Positions 33,598-42,288 of a DNA stretch of 47,192 nt are shown one piece after another. The number at the start of each line of letters is the position of its first letter. Position 1 is the first letter of the stretch. A program made the position numbers and the translations under genes. The notes below the pieces were generated by a model. That model was given only the letters and a program-made list of their open reading frames with translations, had not been told where the DNA came from and made no database searches. The stretch covers positions 265,836 through 313,027 of the forward strand of contig RQSC01000007.1 of assembly GCA_013416795.1 (NCBI GenBank), read 5' to 3'. Source of the DNA: Prasinococcaceae sp. CCMP 1430. Its lineage: Eukaryota > Plantae > Prasinodermophyta.

Positions 33598-36500
33598 CCT
33601 GGCGCACCCAGCAGCCGGCGTCGGTGACGGAGGCTCGAGGGTCGACCAAGCCAGAGAGAACTTTCAGAGAAGAGCGGCGGCGGCGGGGCGGGGGGCTGTT
33701 CAGCAGGCCGGCGCGCGGCGCGAGCGGCCACGGGAGCGGTGGCGGGGGTGGTTGTTGCGGCGTTCCGCTGGGTGCCGCGGGGGGGCTCACGCTGTGCACA
33801 GTTGCTGCGGTGGTCGCGCTGGTTGTGCTGCCGGCCGCGCTCGTCGAGCTGAGGCGCGATAGAGCCGGTGAGGCGACGCTCACAGGTTTGAGCGTGGAGA
33901 GCCACGGCGCAGACCACGTCGAGTGGCTGCCGCGCGGGAAGGTGCCTGTCTTGTCGCCGGATGGGCGAGACGCTGGAAGGGTCGTGAACGGCGTGGCATG
34001 GCGGTCCGTTGCAGAGAGCGGTGCCTCGGAGGGTGCGCGGCGTGGCGCGCGGCACGCCACCCGATCCGACAACTATGGCGACCTCGGAAGGGCAAACCAG
34101 GCCGTTAACAAGCGAGTCGTTCTGCACAACGTGCACGAGCGCGTGACTGCGCAGCTACTTGCCGCCGAGGAGAGGCGCTCAGCGCTCGAGGAGGAGACGC
34201 GCTCGGCGGTCGGCGCACAAATTGGCGGCGATGCCGATCGAGCACAAGAGGCGCAGCGAGAGGAACGGGAGGCAGCCGTCGGGGATCCGTTTGATTTGAA
34301 GAGCGTGTCGGTGGACAGGTCCACCATCTTCGTGTCCCTGGCCGCATTCGTCGATCCCGAATGTCCCTTGACAGTCCAATCCCTCTTCAAGAACGCGGCC
34401 AATCCAGACCGCGTGAGCGTGGGCATAGTCCAACAGAACCTCTCCCCGGACTGGGCTGAAAGGCTAGACGCCAAAGAGAGCAACGTCGACTGCTTCAACG
34501 AATTCTGCAAGACTGTGGGCGTCGAGGAGTGCGAGCGCCGCCGAGGTCAGGTGACCGTGCGTCGCCAGGATGCACTCGACACCAAGGGGGTGACGGTGGC
34601 CCGTTACGACGCGCAACAGCTTCTTGGGGACCAGCGCTTCTACCTGCAGGTCGACTCGCACACCTACTTCGCTCGCTCGTGGGACTCGCGATACATCTCG
34701 ATGTGGCTCAAGACAGGCAATCCCCGCGCGATCCTCACATCCTATCCGATGGGATTTGAGGCGCTAGAGGAGCCGTATATGAACGGCACCGTCAAGAAGT
34801 CGCAGATTGACGTCATGCCGAGAATCTGCCGCTACGACACGCTTCCGGGTGGCGGTGGCATACCCGTGGTCGCCAACATCGCGGGGGCCTCGCGCGTCCC
34901 CGCCACGGCCGCTCCGGAGCTGGCGGCGCACTGGGCCGCCGGGCAGTCTTTTGGGCCGGCGCAGGCCGAGCGCGACGCCCCGTACGACAAGTATGCGGAG
35001 TTCCTCTTCCAGGGAGAGGAGCCGTATAGGGCAGCGCAATACTGGACGAGGGGCTACGATTTCTACTCGCCGAACGAGAATGTCGTCTTCCACCACTACC
35101 GTCCTCCGGGCAAAAAGTACGGAATTCGAATCAGCCAGACCCCCGTGTGGGGTCGGCAAAGCACACAAGAGAAGCTGTCGAAGAGCCTGAACAGAGTGTT
35201 CGTAATGCTGGGCATGGCGTCCTCTGGCGGTGCGGAGCTGCACGAGATGGCCCCTGGCGACAAGTACGGCATAGGCAGCGAGCGCACGCTCGAGCAGTAC
35301 TTCGAATTCGCGCAGTACGAACCGTCGACGATGCGCGCGTCCGCGTCTTTGTGCAGCAGGCGAACGCGCGTGCCCACGCGCACGGAGGTCGAGACCAACA
35401 CGTCCTCCATCGTTGCAGATTTCGCCGTCCATGTCCCCCCCAAACCTTTCGACAACGCGAAGGACCAGTACTGCAGCGGCGTGAAGACGAGCTCGTCTGC
35501 CTTCGTGGATGGCTTCGTGCCCATCAAACGAGAAGGGTACGGCATGCCATATGTCTGCGACAACAGGGGCGAGTGCAAGGATGCCAGCAAGCTCGGCGTG
35601 CGCTTCGAAACGGGTGCCACGCTCGCCGAGATCGCGCAAGCGAGGGACACGTGCCTGCGACGCGACGATGAGGGGGCAGTCGTCGGCGTTCCCATTTCTG
35701 CTCTGAGCCCGCAGATCGCGGCTCGCAAGCCCGGCCAGGACGGGGAGCTTCAGCTGGAGTACGTCCACACCAGCGAACGCACACGCCGCATGTCTCCAGA
35801 CGAATTCGCCCTCGCCCGCGTGCGCGTGAGCAGGCGCTTTGCCATGGACTCAGGTGACCGCCCGACGGTGACGTGCGTGGTGAGGACTGCTCACTTCCGG
35901 CTGATGGCACAGGCGCGCGCGGTGGCCGCCACGTGGGGCAAGCGCTGCGACAGGCTCGTATTCATGTCTGAGGAGACGACGCCACGAAGCGAGTTCGAGC
36001 CCGTGCTGCTGTCAAAGGGATCGCGCTGGGCGCAGTTTGAGGATGCCATGCGCAACGCGTTCTGCCAGACGCGCGCCCAAGATGCCACCTCTCACTACCT
36101 GTTTGTATCGGACGCGACATACGTGATCATGGAAAACCTGTGGGACCTGATCGCCGACAAGACGCGAGAGGTGCGGGAGAGAAGTAACGCAACAGCCCCC
36201 ATGGACGACCTCAAGCATGCCTACTCCAACACTGAGCTGTATCTCGGCCGGCGCATGAACCGCGGCGGCGAGGACGGGCTCTTCCACAACGGCGCGGCCG
36301 GGATTGTGCTCAGCCAGCGCACGCTCGAAGCGCTGGCGAACGAGCTCAGTGGGTGGCAGCCGGGCAATGCCACTACTCATCATGGTGCACCCGCCAAGCG
36401 TTCGTGCGACTTTCCTGGCGTGCAGGAATCTGCCGACGTGGCCTTGTCGTGGTGCCTGAAGCGCAGGCTTGGCATCAAGCCGATTTCGACCGCTGCCAAC

Positions 36501-36740
36501 GCCGGTGGCGATGGCGGAACCGATCTCAGCAGCAGCAGCGAGCGATTTTTCCCATTCACCGCCGGTGAACACGCGCTGATGGCGACCTCAAACAGTTGGT
36601 TTTGGAAGTACAGCGAGTCGAAGGGTGAGGGCGTTTCCACCATCTCACCCACCGCCGTGAGCTTCGACGGCCTGAAGCTCAAGGACATGTTTCGGTACGA
36701 CATCTGGCTGCACTGCGCGCGCGGGGGTAAGGCCGACTGA
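33318..36740 (+). CDS. Type II membrane glycosyltransferase fusion: GT60 (Gnt1-like GlcNAc transferase) plus GT31 (C1GALT1-like) domain; start codon unresolved
   Basis: TM LTLCTVAAVVALVVLPAALV; GT60 motifs TIFVSLAAFVDPEC, YLQVDSH, AILTSYP, FQGEE and WTRGYDFYSP; GT31 motifs ATWGKRCDRLVF, TYVIMENL, LYLGRR, GAAGIVLS, DVALSWCL and ERFFPF. The open frame begins at a TTG after a stop; the first in-frame ATG is near 34700. Confidence 0.85.
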   Translation: MEVTPLGHRHPWRWGRRSFSQACRARRPPCARPSQCSLPYAAPPCLHGARRGCHDSCLLPSRCSPPQRRRAQERPAPAPRAAAQGTGARACSPSWRTQQPASVTEARGSTKPERTFREERRRRGGGLFSRPARGASGHGSGGGGGCCGVPLGAAGGLTLCTVAAVVALVVLPAALVELRRDRAGEATLTGLSVESHGADHVEWLPRGKVPVLSPDGRDAGRVVNGVAWRSVAESGASEGARRGARHATRSDNYGDLGRANQAVNKRVVLHNVHERVTAQLLAAEERRSALEEETRSAVGAQIGGDADRAQEAQREEREAAVGDPFDLKSVSVDRSTIFVSLAAFVDPECPLTVQSLFKNAANPDRVSVGIVQQNLSPDWAERLDAKESNVDCFNEFCKTVGVEECERRRGQVTVRRQDALDTKGVTVARYDAQQLLGDQRFYLQVDSHTYFARSWDSRYISMWLKTGNPRAILTSYPMGFEALEEPYMNGTVKKSQIDVMPRICRYDTLPGGGGIPVVANIAGASRVPATAAPELAAHWAAGQSFGPAQAERDAPYDKYAEFLFQGEEPYRAAQYWTRGYDFYSPNENVVFHHYRPPGKKYGIRISQTPVWGRQSTQEKLSKSLNRVFVMLGMASSGGAELHEMAPGDKYGIGSERTLEQYFEFAQYEPSTMRASASLCSRRTRVPTRTEVETNTSSIVADFAVHVPPKPFDNAKDQYCSGVKTSSSAFVDGFVPIKREGYGMPYVCDNRGECKDASKLGVRFETGATLAEIAQARDTCLRRDDEGAVVGVPISALSPQIAARKPGQDGELQLEYVHTSERTRRMSPDEFALARVRVSRRFAMDSGDRPTVTCVVRTAHFRLMAQARAVAATWGKRCDRLVFMSEETTPRSEFEPVLLSKGSRWAQFEDAMRNAFCQTRAQDATSHYLFVSDATYVIMENLWDLIADKTREVRERSNATAPMDDLKHAYSNTELYLGRRMNRGGEDGLFHNGAAGIVLSQRTLEALANELSGWQPGNATTHHGAPAKRSCDFPGVQESADVALSWCLKRRLGIKPISTAANAGGDGGTDLSSSSERFFPFTAGEHALMATSNSWFWKYSESKGEGVSTISPTAVSFDGLKLKDMFRYDIWLHCARGGKAD

Positions 36741-36901
36741 GACCGCGCGTGCGCGCGAGGGCCGCCTGCCGGCGCGGAATAGGTGCAGAACGCCCCGCCC
36801 AACCCACCGTTTGCCGAGATGGCACCTGCACTTTAACCAGGCGCGCGGGCTGCGGACGGCTAGCTCCTAGAGAGTGCCTCATCGTAATTACTGTCCCCAC
36901 T

Positions 36902-37956
36902 TCACTCCTCGTCGTCCGCGTCGGCAAACTTTGCGGCGTTGGCTTCGTCGTCGACGCGCAGCATGGCCTCAAGTCGAGCCGCGGCGGCCGCCGCGTCCTC
37001 CGGCAACGCCTCCCCCAGCACCGGCTCAGCGTCCCCCCCGCCAACGTCACCGAACCACTGTGCTTCCTCCTGCTCCCGTGGCGCACCGCGCGCAAGCGCG
37101 GGGGGCGCAGGAGTCAGCGATGCGGTACAAGAGGCTTCAGGGAGCGAGGAGGAGCGCCAAATGGGCGCGTCTGGCGCCTCTGCGGTGCTCGCACATGGCC
37201 GCACCTCGTCGCCGTCGCTCGCGTCTGGGTCGGGGTTGAGTGCGGCGCAGTCGCACAGGGCGGAGAAAATCGCGTCGAGCTGCTCTGCGTCGGCGGGTGC
37301 TAGCCGCAGTTCCGTCATGGGCTCGTCGTCGCTTCGCGCGCGCACGCGCGCACCGGCACTGTCAGCGTGCCAGGCCATCGCGCGTAGTGACGCGGGCGCT
37401 CGCGAACGCGCGCAGGAGCGATTGCCGTGGCCGGGTGTCCCTTGGGAGCCCCCACCAGCGCAAATGGCGCGCAGCAGGGCGCGGCGGCGCGCATGCTGCG
37501 AGCGCGGCCGCGCCATCTCGCCCCCGCGCTCACCTTCCCTCGTCGCATTCTCCCCCAGCAAGCTGCATGTAGATGCACGGCTGCGCCTCGGGGTCCGCGC
37601 GGCTCACAGCGTGCATCGTGATAGTCGGAAAGTCGACCTGCACACCCGTGGGCCCCGCGGCGCCCGCCGTGGGCAGCCACACGACACGTCGCGTGGTCAC
37701 GTACAGCGTGCCCTCAGGGGACTATCAAGGCAGTGCGGCGCGACCCGGAGCGGTGTGGCGCGTCCGCGCGTCAGCTGGTGGCCGCGAGCGCGCACGTCGC
37801 TCTCTCTCGGTGAGGCTCGCTCGCTCCGCGCCTGCCACCAGTGCACCTCACCTTCTCGCCGCTGCCCAAGGTGAGCGCGACTCGTGGGGCCTCGTGCGCG
37901 AGCGCTTCGTCAGATGCGGCGTCGAGCATGAGCTCCGATGCCTCCATCAGCACCAT
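36902..37956 (-). CDS. CLNS1A: pICln methylosome subunit (chloride conductance regulatory protein)
   Basis: Phase-consistent exons 37956-37852, 37721-37534, 37331-37205, 37069-36902. The product has GTLYVTTRRVVW, FPTITMHAVSR, PCIYMQL, ELRLAP..LDAIFSALCDCAALNPDP and KFADADDE. Confidence 0.9.
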
Positions 37957-38093
37957 GATCGCGGCGGTCGGCGCAGCGCGCGCGCTGTGGCCCGCGCGAC
38001 AGCTGCAGCGCGCCAATGTGTGCCCAGCGCCGGCCTCGACGGCATGCCACAGCGCGTGCGCAGCGCGGGGGTTGGCCGGCGGTTGGAGGGGGT

Positions 38094-38528
38094 ATGGGCG
38101 CGGCGGGATCGAAGGCGGGCGGGAGTGCGGGCGGCGGCAGCAGCGTGCGCTACGACGCAGGCTTCCCGTGGGCGAACGTGTCGAACGACTTCGAGCTTGC
38201 CGTGCGGAGCAACAAAGCTCTGTGCGGCCGGCTCAAGCGCGCGCTCGGCGCGGACGGCGACGGCCTTCACGACTGCGTCTCCTCGGTCCAAGGCCGCCTT
38301 GGGGAGGCGCTCGTGCGCGACCTACGCTACGTGGCGACGCTGCGCAACAAGCTCGTGCACGAGGAAGGCTTCGACCGCCTGCCCGACCGCGGCGCGTTCG
38401 TTGAGCGCCTGCGGCGAGGAGAGGCGGCGCTCGACCAGGTGGAGGCGGCGCTCTCAAGTTCATCGGCCACAAGGGCGGGCGGGAAGGCGAGCGGGTGTGA
38501 AAACACCGGCGGATGTGTCATCTGTTAG
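38094..38528 (+). CDS. Small HEPN/DUF4145-like protein with N-myristoylation and CaaX signals
   Basis: MGAAGSK N-terminus; ELAVRSNKAL..LKR.LGADGDGLHD..SSV..L...LRYVATLRNKLVHEEGF (R-x4-H); C-terminal CVIC-stop. Confidence 0.7.
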   Translation: MGAAGSKAGGSAGGGSSVRYDAGFPWANVSNDFELAVRSNKALCGRLKRALGADGDGLHDCVSSVQGRLGEALVRDLRYVATLRNKLVHEEGFDRLPDRGAFVERLRRGEAALDQVEAALSSSSATRAGGKASGCENTGGCVIC

Positions 38529-38553
38529 CCTGTGGCCGCCAGGAAGCGCAAGG

Positions 38554-39759
38554 ATGCAGTGCGCGTCATGCGGCGCGCGACCAGCCTACGCGTGCGCCGG
38601 CTGCGGAGCGGTCTTTTTCTGCGGGGTGGAGTGCGCCCTCGCTGCGGACCACCGGCCCGGCGACGCAAGTGCCTCCTCCGAGGGCGCGGACAACGCGTGC
38701 GCGCGCGCGCGCGCAGCGATGGACGACGCCGAGAACGTCCTCGACTTTGGCGAGCTGGAGGCGCGCATGGTGGACGAGGTCGACCTCGAGGCCGCGGCGC
38801 GCGCCCCTGGGCGTGCCTCGCTCGGCGGCGCCGTGCCCTGGCCGCGGTCGCACCGATCGGCACCCACGGCCGCTTGCGCCCCGCCGAGTGGGCCCCGCAA
38901 CTGGGCGGAATTCTTCGCGCGAATTGGCGCGGCTGAGTGCGACTCCGCTGTTGCTGAGGAGCTGCACTGGGTCATGGCGTCGTTCGAGGCACTCTTGCTC
39001 GCCGACGGCGGGCAGGCGCTCCTACGCAGTCCGCAGTGCGACCGCTCGCGCGTGCACGCGCGGCTGTGGTACTGCGGGCCAGAGGGGGAGCTTGCCGCAC
39101 TCGCGCGCTTCGGCGCGCTCGCGTGGCTGCTGCCGGGCGCCGCACGCGTGGACGTGCGTTGCGTGGGGCCTTGCGTGGCCGTCGAGGACCACGGCGCGTG
39201 CTTCGAGATCTGCGAGCGCGTGGTAGTCACAACCCACAGGGGTGCGTGCGCGCGCGCGCGAGCGTAGTTGCGTGCTGGCGCGGGCGTGTGCAGACGCTGA
39301 CTGCGCGTGCACTGCTCCTCTCCAGGCGTCTATTGCAAAGCGCTCGTTAATACGCTGGCGGCGGACTCGCGCACCGCTGGGCAGGCGGGCGAGACGCTCG
39401 TCGAGGCACTCGTGGGGGTCAACGCTGGTCTGGCAGCCTTCGACTCATGGGGCGAGGCTCTGTCAGCGCTTGTGTCTCCCCGCGCCCCCCGCGCGCTGTT
39501 CACGGACTACACCGCCGAAGCGGCGGCGGCAGGGGCCGCACGCGCGCGCGCCGTGGGCTGTGCCGCCAGCGAACCCGCGCTCTGCGCGTTCCGCCCGGCC
39601 ACGGTCGTCCGCGGCACGAGCTCGCTGCTGCCGTGCGTGCCGAGCGCATTATCGATCGTGGTCGCTGGCACAGCCGGCTCCCACGTCACGCGACACCCTG
39701 ATGGCATGCCCGACGAAGTGTGCGAAGGCCCTCGCAAGTTCGCGCGGTCGATGCGATAG
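38554..39759 (+). CDS. MYND zinc finger plus MSS51-C-terminal-like protein
   Basis: Exons 38554-39241 and 39326-39759. The product has CASC..ACAGC.AVFFCGVEC, YCGPEGEL and GVNAGLAAFDSWGEAL..FTDYT..AFRP. Confidence 0.7.
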
Positions 39760-39839
39760 TCTCTAGAGAATAGAGTAGAATATTAGTGCTTGCACTCCAC
39801 GCGACCTTGCCGGACCCGCCGCGCCTCTGCGATTGCTAG

Positions 39840-41223
39840 CTAGAACGGCAAGTAAGGCGTTGGAGATGGCCGCGCCAGAGCGTTGAGCTGCCCGTCGAGT
39901 TTGTCGAGCTTTGGCCACACGTAGTGCGCGTCCAATTTGCGCAGTTTGAGCGCCACGCGACCTCGGGAGGAGCTCACCTGGCAGGCGCGCGCGAAGGCGC
40001 GGGTCAATACGCATACGCGGAGAAGCCATACGAGAAGGCGGCTCTTGCAGGCAACACATTGGATTCGTATGTGGACTCGGGCACACGCCCGACTACGCGC
40101 CCGCTTTCCATTCCCACACCCACGTCCCATACCTTGAACCCACATTCCTCAGGCACAATGCCCGCGTGCAAGGCATGTATCGCGAAGCTGTACGTACGCT
40201 TGCGCGGGAGCGAGATGGTGAGCCGCAACGACTGTGGGCCGAACGACGCGTCGACGTGCTCGCGCCGCAAATCTTCGCCGCCACCGTAGTCGAGGTAGAG
40301 CCGCACGGTCACGCAGGATCCTGTCTGGCTCCACTCGTAACGAGGGATTGTCTACAGATGGAGGAAAGGGCGGCCGTGAGCGCGCGCGTCTGCGAGTCAG
40401 CGCTCGGGGCATACCAACCCACGTACACACCCACACTGGATCACGCATGCCCATGTGCGACCAACGCGCTCTCGCACACGCGCGCGCGCCGACACCCGCG
40501 CGCACGCAAAGTCGCGTTTGGTCGCCGGCGTGCCTCACCTTATCGAAGGATTCGCGCACCTCCCATTTGGCCGCAATAGTCGCCGCGTGCTGCTCGAGCA
40601 GCTCGTCGACGGTGACGCCGCGCATCTCTGCCGCTGTGCGCAGCATTGCGGGCGAGGCATCCTGCAGGTCCATGAGGCCGTTGAGGCAGTTGTTGACGAT
40701 GTCGCACGGGCAGTGGCCCGTGACGACCATGCACTTCATGCACGGCGCCCGGCCACGGCAGCCCACACCCAACGTGTGTGCCTGCAGTTCCGCGTCATCG
40801 CGGGCCGGGTTGGAGGAGGTTTGGAAAATGGGCGGGAGCGTGGATGCGTCCGTCGCGCAGTCGGGGTGAGCGGGTGGGTGGGGTGGGGTGGGGGGTGGGT
40901 GGGGGGGGACGAGGGCGCATGTCAGCGCCACTGCAAGAGGCACGAGCATGCAGCCGAGCACGCGGGCACGCTAGCACGCGGACCTTTGCTGGATGGATCG
41001 CCGGCGCCGGTGGCAGCGCCTCCTCAAAAGCCTTGACCGCCGCTGCCTCTGCCTCATCGAGCTCGGCGTACCGCCCGCTCTGCAGACGCACGTACTTCTT
41101 CGCCAGCGCGGGCGAGAGGCCTTCGCGCGCGGCCGCGATCACCGCCTTGGAGCGCGCCTCGAGGAGGGCATCCTCGTTCAGCGGCGGCGCAACGTCCACT
41201 GCGGTCGCTACCGCCGTCGCCAT
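39840..41223 (-). CDS. CS (p23/SGT1/CacyBP-like) domain protein with a Cys-rich segment
   Basis: Phase-0 exons 41223-40984, 40781-40539, 40351-40133, 39977-39840. The CS domain runs IPRYEWSQTGSCVTVRL...VALKLRK...WPKL. The N-terminus may extend to the N at 41424. Confidence 0.72.
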
Positions 41224-41239
41224 CGCTCCGCTCCTTCCA

Positions 41240-41423
41240 CCCCTGGGCGTTGCCCCCCGCCCCCCTTGCCGTGTGGCGCGCGAAGCGGCGCTTCGCCCAC
41301 GCCTCGCCCAGCTGCTCCGCCACCCACTCCTCCGTCACCGGCGTCAAAGCCGTGTTGACGCGGGCATGGTCGCACGAGGGCCGCGTGAACTCCTGGAACA
41401 GGTCCACCTGCGTCAGCATGTTG
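41240..41423 (-). CDS. Coding fragment next to a single-N join; possibly a frameshifted 5' part of the CS-domain gene
   Basis: MLTQVDLFQEFTRPSCDHARVNTALTPVTEEWVAEQLGEAWAKRRF has GC3-biased codons. Removing one G from a GGGG run near 41240 would fuse it to the 41223 ORF. Confidence 0.35.
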
Positions 41424-41424
41424 N

Positions 41425-41765
41425 CGGGGGGCGCCGGCGCGGCAGCGGCAGCGGCGGCGGCGGCAACGGCCGCAGCGGCGAGCGAGGTCACGCCGGGTGG
41501 TGTGCTCGCGACCTCCGAGCCGTTGCCGCCGGGCCTCTTGGTATTCATGGCGCTGGCGACCGTGCTTGGCGCTGTGTTCGTGTCGAAGACGCAGGCCAAC
41601 GCGACGCTGATGAAGGAGCTCGAGGCTGAGCTGGGGCCTGGGGCGCGCGCCGCGTGCGCGCGCGGCAGATCGCGAGCCGCCAAAGCCAGAGATCCGGATG
41701 CGCGGACGGGAACACCGAAAATCTCGACGGTTCCCGGCTTCCGATATGCCAATTCGCGCTTTTGA
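41425..41765 (+). CDS. 3' fragment of a small single-TM protein
   Basis: Ala-rich stretch followed by LLVFMALATVLGAVFVS-KTQANATLMKELEAELG with strong GC3 bias. The 5' end is cut by the N at 41424. Confidence 0.4.
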
Positions 41766-41908
41766 AAGATCATAGTACACTCTCCGAGTGGAATCGACGG
41801 TGAATAAGCGAAAATCGACAGAGAGGGGTTGGACTCGGCGGGGAGCGGGGGTGGTGGATTCAATGAGGATTCGGTGATGATGAGGATTCCATTTTGTGAT
41901 GGTTTGTG

Positions 41909-42287
41909 TCATACATTGTGGATTCCGCGTTGTCGCCCGCGGCGCGCGGGTGCGCCACAGCGCGCGAGCGTTGAGCTCGCTAGCAGGCTTTCGTGGCGAG
42001 GATTGAAAGCCACGTTCCACACCCAGTGCGAGTGGCCGCCCTCACCGCCACCGCCGAAGTCCTCCACGGGCCTCGCGGCGTGGCGAAGGTCCCACAAGCG
42101 CACACGGCAATCGTCGCCGCCTGTCGCGATACGGTGCTGGCGCGCCGGGTCGAACGAAAGCGCACGACAGCGCATCGCGTGGGCGCGTGAAAGCGCCTCT
42201 CTGCGCTTGTTCGCGCGCGTATCCCATACCCACACTGACGTGCCCGCCGTCGCGCCCACGTTGCTGTCGCTGTGCGGGTCCCACGCT
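41909..42287 (-). CDS. EIPR1: EIPR1/TSSC1-like WD40 fragment
   Basis: WDPHS..VGAT..VWDTR, AHAMRCRALSFDP..IATGGDDCRVRLWDLR, GHSHWVWNVAFNP..LLASS. Similarity to the family is truncated at both ends. Confidence 0.72.
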
Positions 42288-42288
42288 N

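Noticed and set aside
37573-38553. N-terminal part of the 564-aa ORF 37573..39267
   Set aside because: It overlaps pICln antisense and the HEPN-like gene in another frame; recognisable sequence starts only at ATG 38554.
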